DNA from: Chitinophagales bacterium
Lineage (GTDB): Bacteria > Bacteroidota > Bacteroidia > Chitinophagales > Saprospiraceae
DNA length: 29,786 nucleotides
Assembly: GCA_038213575.1 (NCBI GenBank)
Contig: JBBQSW010000001.1
Location: 1-29,786 of the forward strand
Direction of reading: 5' to 3'
The number at the start of each line of letters is the position of its first letter. Position 1 is the first letter of the stretch. Shown one piece after another: positions 1-5,853 of the stretch. The position numbers and the translations under genes are program-made. The notes beneath the pieces were generated by a model. The model was not told where the DNA came from. It ran no database searches and saw only the letters and a program-made list of their open reading frames with translations.

Positions 1-1755
1 ATAGTCGCCTCCGGCCGGACCAATGGGATCAACACGTCGGAAACCTGTGACATTTCCAGCATTGTCTAACGCACATTTTACTACTTTCACGCCATTGGAC
101 TGTACGGAAAGGACGTAAAACGCCTTGCCCGGCGCAATAGCACCGTAAGACCCATCTCCGTTCACGGTTTGAACCCAGGGCGCCTTGGGGTCGGCAGAGT
201 TTACAAAAAAGTTGCCGTTGTCCTGCAAACCGCCCAGAAGCGTGTTATCCCCCGGGGTGTTTTTGTCAATGATGGCAGTATAAAATTGAGATGTGATATA
301 ACCATCGTTCAGGTACGACCATTCGACAAAAGGCGCGAGGCAATTTTCAGTGCGGTGAATACCGCCATCACTGCCCGTAATCATCACATTTGGGTTGGAA
401 GGCAGGAACAAAGCTTCGTGCAAATCAGGATGGTGGTTGGGATAGAGTTCAAAAAATGGAAACTCCGTACCGATTTTGTAACCACCGATTTTAGTGGTGT
501 TGTTGGGGGAGGCAAACCCATCGGTACTGCGCCAGAGGTTGGTGCCGCCGATTATTAAGGTGTTCGTGCCGGGTTGTTGCCTCACGACCAGGTCATAGCC
601 ACTTTGTGCAGCACATTGATCAAACTCAGTGCCCGTACTGGGCAAATTCATAGAGCGGTCTTCCCATTGTCCACCTGCACCAGAGCCATCTCCGCTCAGG
701 TAGGTGTATTTAAAAAGGCTCGTCCAATCGTCCGAGCCGATATAACTGGTGTAGTGTCCGCTGCCTGGCGTAGTGCCAAAGAAATACACCTCGTTTTCGT
801 TGCTAGGATTGATGCCAATGACAAGGCGATCGTATTCGTTGGGCATAAAACTGGGCGTTATGCTGGTCCAAGTTGTGCCATTCGTGCTTCTCCAAATGCC
901 TTTGGGCGTACCTTCGCTGCTGAGGGTGGCATAGACAACACCGGTCGAGGTAACCGCCACATCTGTAAAATAGGAATAGGGTTGACCCGTACCTGGACCG
1001 CGCACCACTGCCCAGGAAGTGCCGCCATTCACGCTGCGAAAAATTGCACCATAAGTAGCGGCATATACCTCGTCCTGAGCGGATGAAGGATCGGTTGCAA
1101 TGCGCCAAACGCCTTGCCACACCAAGGTAAATTCATGCGGGTTGCCACCAGCCGTTGAAGCAATGGGCGCCCAGGTATTGCCGCTGTCAATACTTTTGAA
1201 CACACCGTCGCCCAGATAATAGGCGCCACCACCAGATGGCGAAGAGCCGTAGAGTTCTCCAGAAGTATAGTACCAAATATTTGTCTTTCCGGGTCGGGTG
1301 TCTTGCGCGATGCTCGTAACGCCGGGGTGCGCATTGAGTGGGGTTTTGCGTGCCCAGGTTTGACCGCCGTCTTCACTGAGCCAGATTCCGCCCGAAATAC
1401 CGCCTGCAAGCATACGGTTTTCGTTTATCACGTCAATAGCCAATGCACGGGTTCGTCCGCCTACGTTCCAGGGGCCACGGGACATCCATTGCCCATTACC
1501 CCCACGTTCAACTACAGCCTGTGGGAGAGTAGATGCATATTGACGTTCGAGGAACTCGATGCCTGCGGGAATTTGTCCCGTGGCTGGGTCGGCGAGCCGC
1601 ATCCGTTGCCATTCGCGGCGACGTGGGCCGTTTTCTTCTGAGGCGCCACCGGGAGCTTTAAGGCCGCCTGAGATGTTTTTTTCTTCGCTTGAAAAATAGA
1701 AGAGGCCGCAGGCGGCAAAAAGCAGTACTGCAAAAACGGGTATGATTCTTTTCAT
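1..1755 (-). CDS. Secreted BNR/Asp-box repeat beta-propeller protein (VPS10/WD40-YVTN-like), truncated by the window's left edge (>=585 aa)
   Basis: It is missing from the ORF track because it has no stop in the window. Manual translation from ATG 1755 gives MKRIIPVFAVLLFAACGLFYFSS...RGPWNVGGRTRALAID...SEDGGQTW...SIDSGNTW...SVNGGTSW...STNGTTW...HHPDLH...GSDGG, and the frame still reads sensibly at base 1 (...RRVDPIGPAGGDY). It has multiple SxDGGxTW Asp boxes and an N-terminal hydrophobic signal. Confidence 0.9.
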   Translation of the reverse strand, partial: MKRIIPVFAVLLFAACGLFYFSSEEKNISGGLKAPGGASEENGPRRREWQRMRLADPATGQIPAGIEFLERQYASTLPQAVVERGGNGQWMSRGPWNVGGRTRALAIDVINENRMLAGGISGGIWLSEDGGQTWARKTPLNAHPGVTSIAQDTRPGKTNIWYYTSGELYGSSPSGGGAYYLGDGVFKSIDSGNTWAPIASTAGGNPHEFTLVWQGVWRIATDPSSAQDEVYAATYGAIFRSVNGGTSWAVVRGPGTGQPYSYFTDVAVTSTGVVYATLSSEGTPKGIWRSTNGTTWTSITPSFMPNEYDRLVIGINPSNENEVYFFGTTPGSGHYTSYIGSDDWTSLFKYTYLSGDGSGAGGQWEDRSMNLPSTGTEFDQCAAQSGYDLVVRQQPGTNTLIIGGTNLWRSTDGFASPNNTTKIGGYKIGTEFPFFELYPNHHPDLHEALFLPSNPNVMITGSDGGIHRTENCLAPFVEWSYLNDGYITSQFYTAIIDKNTPGDNTLLGGLQDNGNFFVNSADPKAPWVQTVNGDGSYGAIAPGKAFYVLSVQSNGVKVVKCALDNAGNVTGFRRVDPIGPAGGDY

Positions 1756-1805
1756 GTGAAAAAGTGTTTTAAGCGGGAAAGGTAAAAAGTGTCAGCCTAA
1801 TTTCT

Positions 1806-1824
1806 CGAAAGTTCTGAACTTTCG
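1806..1824. repeat. Perfect palindrome CGAAAGTTC-T-GAACTTTCG (REP-like or operator)
   Basis: 9-bp arms with a 1-nt spacer in the divergent intergenic region. Confidence 0.6.
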
Positions 1825-1863
1825 GGGCGTTAAAACAGTGTGGTAAACCAAAATAAAATTTAG

Positions 1864-1890
1864 ATGTTTTAATGCTAAAATTTAAAACAT
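1864..1890. promoter_or_regulatory. Candidate operator ATGTTTTAA-N9-TTAAAACAT upstream of pirin
   Basis: Perfect 9-bp inverted repeat ending 7 nt before the pirin ATG. The sequence is AT-rich, so chance is possible. Confidence 0.4.
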
Positions 1891-1897
1891 TCAATTT

Positions 1898-2647
1898 ATG
1901 CCCATTCGTATCATTCCAAAAGAACAGCAGGGCCACGGCGCGTTCAATGGCGGCGAAATCGTGGAAAACAAACCCATTGGGTTCCCGCAAGACCATGCTA
2001 GTGTGCGCCCATACTCCAACCTTTTTTACTGGGCGCATGCCCGAGCGGTCACGGACAGCACCATTGGGCTGCACCCGCACCAGGGATTTGAGATTTGTTC
2101 TTTCGTCCTCAAAGGCCAAATCCGCCACTACGACACCCAACTCAAGGAATGGAGACCGCTCTCTGCGGGAGATGTTCAAATTATTCGCGCAGGCAGCGGC
2201 ATCAGCCACTCCGAATGGCTGGGCAAAGACGGGGAAATATTCCAGATATGGTTTGACCCAAATTTGGAAACAACCCTGTCAAAACCTGCGAGTTACGATG
2301 ATTACAAGGCCTCAGATTTTACTGAAAAGCAAATCGGCGAATCGCGTATAAAAACCCTCGTCGGCCCTGGAAGCCCGTTTCAAATGGATACACCAGGGGT
2401 CGAAGTTTTTCAGGTAGAAATCGGAAGCGGGGAATTCAGGCTGAAGGCCCAAGAAGGCAAAATATACTCTGCGTACCTGCTTGCCGGAACAGCGAGTATT
2501 AACGGTGAAATAATCCAGCAATTTGACTTTGTCCTAGCCACAGAGCAGGAAGAGATTGTGCTGGAGTCAGCGGACGGAGCCAATATTTTTATCATCGCCT
2601 CGCCAGTGCACCCTGGATACCGAACTTATGGGCAGTTGAGGGGTTGA
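1898..2647 (+). CDS. Pirin family protein (bicupin)
   Basis: Pirin motifs IGLHPHQGFEICSFVLKGQIRHYD and GDVQIIRAGSGISHSE, plus FQIW. Confidence 0.93.
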   Translation: MPIRIIPKEQQGHGAFNGGEIVENKPIGFPQDHASVRPYSNLFYWAHARAVTDSTIGLHPHQGFEICSFVLKGQIRHYDTQLKEWRPLSAGDVQIIRAGSGISHSEWLGKDGEIFQIWFDPNLETTLSKPASYDDYKASDFTEKQIGESRIKTLVGPGSPFQMDTPGVEVFQVEIGSGEFRLKAQEGKIYSAYLLAGTASINGEIIQQFDFVLATEQEEIVLESADGANIFIIASPVHPGYRTYGQLRG

Positions 2648-2776
2648 GAATGTTGAGGGGGCCGTGTTCAGAAATCTATGTCAACTGCCGAGAGTGTTCA
2701 GAAATCTGTGTCAACTGCTGGTTACACCCCCGTTGAGATTACGCAGCGGAGACCCTCAACATTCTCAACCCCCTCA
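2637..2776. repeat. MITE/REP-like element: 20-bp perfect terminal inverted repeats enclosing two 25-bp direct repeats
   Basis: GGGGTTGAGAATGTTGAGGG (2640-2659) pairs with CCCTCAACATTCTCAACCCC (2753-2772). GTGTTCAGAAATCT(A/G)TGTCAACTGC occurs at 2664-2688 and 2694-2718. Confidence 0.8.
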
Positions 2777-2800
2777 GAAACCTGACTTTTCCAAAAAAAT
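2772..2800. promoter_or_regulatory. Conserved box copy 1 (CCTCAGAAACCTGACTTTT..AAAAAAAT) upstream of the peptide gene
   Basis: 19/19 identical to 4691-4709 and contains the dyad TCAG-N4-CTGA. Confidence 0.6.
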
Positions 2801-2883
2801 GTCCAACGAGACTTTTGACTGTGTGAGTATCTTTAGTCCGTAGAAAATATTTGTTTCCAAATCATCTTTCAAATTTCTCTCGT

Positions 2884-3078
2884 ATGGCAAAGGAAAAACT
2901 CAAACTCAAAGACCTCCAGGTGCAGAGCATTGTCACTTCGCTAGAAGAAGGACAGATGCAGACCTTAAAAGGCGGCAAAGAAGTGGTGGGCCGCCGCCGC
3001 ATCTATTCTGTTCGCTGGACCATGATTGATACCCGTGTTCAATCGGACTTAGCGTTCGGATCCAACGGCGGAAATTAA
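2884..3078 (+). CDS. 64-aa peptide with pinensin-family-like leader and double-glycine site; Cys-free core
   Basis: MAKEKLKLKDLQVQSIVTSLEEGQMQTLKGG-KEVVGRRRIYSVRWTMIDTRVQSDLAFGSNGGN. The leader resembles the Bacteroidota LxLxxLxVxSFVT lanthipeptide leader and ends in GG. ATG 2884 was chosen over TTG 2851. Confidence 0.8.
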   Translation: MAKEKLKLKDLQVQSIVTSLEEGQMQTLKGGKEVVGRRRIYSVRWTMIDTRVQSDLAFGSNGGN

Positions 3079-4625
3079 GTCTCCGTAGATTCCGCCTCGC
3101 GCAGATATTTATCGCGTACCACTACTGCAAATGTTTGACCTCTTGCCTTGCCATCCAACCAAGCCAAGAGGTCAAATGTTTGCAACAAAGCCCTGGTTTC
3201 AGGCTCTTTTGCTTTGGTTTGCAAGTCGTTTTTCACCTTAGCAAAGACCTCGCGCTGGCCTCGCACATCCGGCAATTTTATCGCTTCAAAGATGCCGTGC
3301 ATAAACTGCCGTTCCAGTTCGTGGAGGCGGTTTTTTCTTTTCAAAAACCGGGCAGCCGTTCGGAGTTGAGAATCCAAAAGCAGGAAATTCCCCAGCTCAA
3401 AATGGAGGATGAGCGACAGGATGCGGGCAAGGCTCTGGAGGTCTTCGCGGCCCACAGTTCGGCGTTGGGCAAGCCAATGGTTCAGGTGGTCGAGTGCCCT
3501 GTTGTAGTCGCCACAGCCAATGCTGATGGGTACGAATTGCAGGTAGAAACTGCCTGTTTCGTATTCGTGCGGGTCAAAGCGTTCGGCTTCACGCAGACAG
3601 CGATCCATTTCACGTTGGGCTTTATCGAATTCGCCCGTGTAGGTGCAAAGTGCAAAAAACCCGCTGAAATATTGGCGGTGTATTTTTCGCCGGTCATCTT
3701 CTGTAATCGCCTGTAAACCATCAATTTTCCGCAGGCATTCGCGCACTTCCTCATATTTTCGGAGCAGGCCACATGCCAGAATTTGATTGCTCAGTGCGGC
3801 AATATATTCTGACAAATTTTCGCGTAAAAAATGTGGCTGTGACTCTTGCAGGGCGATGAGCGTCTTGCCGGTTTCGTAAAATTTTTCTTGCTCCAGCGCC
3901 GTGTGATAATAGAGGCTGAGGGTGCGGTAATATAGCACCCGGGCCGTGTGCGACACCGCCGCATTAGGGTCGGCGAACGCCTCTTGCTCTACCAACTGGC
4001 GAAGACGCGCCACACGATCGGGACCGCGTTGGACGGGATCTTTTTTGATCGTGGCGTAGGCCTGAAAAAATGCCCTCCGATAGTGTGAAGCATTGCGCAA
4101 TTGCTCCATTGCGCGCGCCTCTTCATCTTGCAATCGCTCGAGGTTTTTGTGGAGGAAATCTATGTCCATTCGGGTATAGGCAAGTTGCTTTTCCCATCGA
4201 ACTATTTCGATCTGGTGTGAAAAGCTCTCATGCTGTTGGGCGAGTTTGCGGGCCTTGCTCAGCAGTTCGCGGCAATCAGCGTAATGCCCCCGTTTGAAAA
4301 GTGCGGCAACACTCTGCAGCAGTTGGTTGAGGCGTTGTTGGGTGGAATGCAGTTCATCGTAATTCTGAAGACATTTCAGCACCAGTTCGTATAGATATGC
4401 CTTAAGCTCAGAGTATTTTTTACTGCCAAAGTCCTGACTTTTGTAAATTTTATTCCTCCATTTTTCCTCGTCAAACTGCTCGCCAGCAGCCAAAGCCTCA
4501 AATAGTTGGGTGTATTTGGTGTCTCCCCCTTGCGTCCCCCTTATGAAGATGCGGAAATAGCGTTTTTCGGCTGGCGAAAGCGAGCGAATGAGGCGGTGTA
4601 ATTTGTCGGAAGGTGTTTTTGACAT
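3075..4625 (-). CDS. Bacteroidota conserved hypothetical all-helical protein (N-terminal ~90-aa putative DNA-binding domain plus TPR-like repeats)
   Basis: 516-aa ORF. The N-terminus SDKLHRLIRSLSPAEKRYF matches a widespread Bacteroidota family I recognise. TPR-like helices include ALFKRGHYADCRELLSKARKLA, YTGEFDKAQREM and GDYNRALDHLN. No signal peptide or TM segment. Confidence 0.85.
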   Translation of the reverse strand: MSKTPSDKLHRLIRSLSPAEKRYFRIFIRGTQGGDTKYTQLFEALAAGEQFDEEKWRNKIYKSQDFGSKKYSELKAYLYELVLKCLQNYDELHSTQQRLNQLLQSVAALFKRGHYADCRELLSKARKLAQQHESFSHQIEIVRWEKQLAYTRMDIDFLHKNLERLQDEEARAMEQLRNASHYRRAFFQAYATIKKDPVQRGPDRVARLRQLVEQEAFADPNAAVSHTARVLYYRTLSLYYHTALEQEKFYETGKTLIALQESQPHFLRENLSEYIAALSNQILACGLLRKYEEVRECLRKIDGLQAITEDDRRKIHRQYFSGFFALCTYTGEFDKAQREMDRCLREAERFDPHEYETGSFYLQFVPISIGCGDYNRALDHLNHWLAQRRTVGREDLQSLARILSLILHFELGNFLLLDSQLRTAARFLKRKNRLHELERQFMHGIFEAIKLPDVRGQREVFAKVKNDLQTKAKEPETRALLQTFDLLAWLDGKARGQTFAVVVRDKYLREAESTET

Positions 4626-4647
4626 TTCTGGGCGATGGATTTAGAGG

Positions 4648-4679
4648 CAAAATTGTCAGATATTTATCATTTTACCAAA
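4648..4679 (-). promoter_or_regulatory. Putative Bacteroidota sigma70 promoter of the TPR-like gene (-33 TTTG / degenerate -7 CAATTTTG)
   Basis: Minus-strand TTTG (4679-4676), a 20-nt spacer, then CAATTTTG (4655-4648), which is one mismatch from TAnnTTTG. Confidence 0.4.
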
Positions 4680-4690
4680 ACTAAATATAG

Positions 4691-4718
4691 CCTCAGAAAC
4701 CTGACTTTTGAAAAAAAT
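4691..4718. promoter_or_regulatory. Conserved box copy 2 between the TPR-like gene and lytTR
   Basis: CCTCAGAAACCTGACTTTT is identical to 2772-2790 and is followed by the same A7T tract. Confidence 0.6.
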
Positions 4719-5002
4719 AGGGTTGCGGGAGGAAAAACGAGTGCGGACTTTTGTACCATTAGACGTTGGACGTTGGATTTGACCGGTTTCAAACTTATAA
4801 ACTCCAGTCTTTTCGAGCGAAAGTCCATAATCTAATGTCTAAGGAACGCGGCACCAATAACTTAGTCATTTTAGGTCAACCATTTTTTCATCAGACAACA
4901 CTATTTTTCTGCGAATAGCAGCGCTATTTAACGAAAAAGATAGGACGGATGACGGCAAAAGAATGGCATCAAATTGGAAAGTTATTTTGACACCGTTCCT
5001 AA

Positions 5003-5051
5003 TTCTACTTTGTCAAATGAGCCCCTTTGGGGCTGATGTGACAAAGTAGAA
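5003..5051. repeat. Hairpin TTCTACTTTGTCA...AGCCCC-TTT-GGGGCT...TGACAAAGTAGAA upstream of lytTR
   Basis: 13-bp perfect outer arms and a 6-bp inner stem. It resembles the CTTTGTCAAAG-type Bacteroidota palindromes. Confidence 0.65.
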
Positions 5052-5082
5052 CTAAGCGTCTTGAATCTAAAAATCTGCTGCC

Positions 5083-5538
5083 ATGCTAAAAGCCATCGCT
5101 ATCCGTCGCCAGTCTGAATCGCCAGAGCCCAATGCTTCAATTGCTCGCGCTTTGCCGCTAAAACCTTCGCTCAATATGGAGCCTGGGACAAAATTTGCTC
5201 CCGACGCGGAAAAAATCGCACTGCCTACGATGGAGGGGATATGTTTCGAAAAAGTGAAACATATCACTTATTTGGAAGCGAGTGGCAATTACACCGCCTT
5301 GCACTTCAAGGACAAACGGCAGGTCTTGGTGTGCAAAACCCTCCGGGAAGTGGAACAAATGCTTCCTGGTCGGGCATTCGTACGTATCCATCGCTCGCAC
5401 ACGATTCACCTCAAACACCTGAAAAAATATGTGCGAGGCAAAGGCGGCCATGTTTTGCTCCAAAACGGAGTGACGCTCACTGTATCCACCGGCCAAAAGG
5501 AATCGTTTTTGGGGCAAGTGAAGGCTTATTTTGGTTGA
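5083..5538 (+). CDS. Stand-alone LytTR DNA-binding domain protein (no receiver domain)
   Basis: KIALPTMEG...ITYLEASGNYT...LVCKTLREVE...FVRIHRSHTIHLKHLKKY...LQNG..LTVS is the LytTR signature. The N-terminal ~40 aa are low-complexity rather than a REC domain. Confidence 0.92.
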   Translation: MLKAIAIRRQSESPEPNASIARALPLKPSLNMEPGTKFAPDAEKIALPTMEGICFEKVKHITYLEASGNYTALHFKDKRQVLVCKTLREVEQMLPGRAFVRIHRSHTIHLKHLKKYVRGKGGHVLLQNGVTLTVSTGQKESFLGQVKAYFG

Positions 5539-5647
5539 GCGTCAGCTACATTTTTCTGTTTTCCCACCCTTGTATAGCGCCAATTTCAAAAGAAAAACAC
5601 CCATCTCCCGCCCCAAAGCCCTCCCATGCAAATAAACACAACTGCCA

Positions 5648-5730
5648 CCCTCCTTTTCCCGCTTAGCGCGGGAGAGGAGGGATTGGGAGGGTTTGATTTG
5701 CGATTTACGATTACATGATTTACGATTTTC
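5648..5730. repeat. GC-rich hairpin (CCCTCCTTTTCCCGC / GCGGGAGAGGAGGG) followed by degenerate (A/G)CGATTT heptamer repeats
   Basis: Imperfect stem at 5648-5681. GATTTGCGATTTACGATT...GATTTACGATTTT at ~5695-5729 is similar to 19366-19397. Confidence 0.55.
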
Positions 5731-5853
5731 AATAAAAAACACAGTAAGGGTTTGGTTTGGCACCGGGCGCAGCAACTTGCGTCCGGTGATTTTTTTTCTG
5801 AGGAAGCTCGAATTTTTCAGACCTTTCGCGGGCTAAAAGTCTCCAACCCTCCA

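Noticed and set aside
169-1733. Several ORF-track entries (169-558, 574-1086, 803-1120, 1029-1409, 1303-1641, 1512-1733)
   Set aside because: They are shadows of the true minus-strand BNR gene, which the track missed because it runs off the window.
2664-2718. 25-bp direct repeats (and the 10110 and 18657 clusters) as a mini-CRISPR array
   Set aside because: Only 2-4 units, spacers are too short or units are inverted, and no cas genes are present.
2884-3078. Calling the peptide a lanthipeptide BGC
   Set aside because: No Cys in the core and no dehydratase, cyclase or transporter in the window.
3135-3716. 193-aa plus-strand ORF
   Set aside because: Antisense to the TPR-like gene, with no recognisable motif.
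4635-4918. Small ORFs 4635-4835 (66 aa) and 4835-4918 (MSKERGTNNLVILGQPFFHQTTLFFCE) downstream of box copy 2
   Set aside because: No leader motif or family resemblance. The MSKER/MAKEK similarity is too short to count. Worth revisiting only with Ribo-seq.
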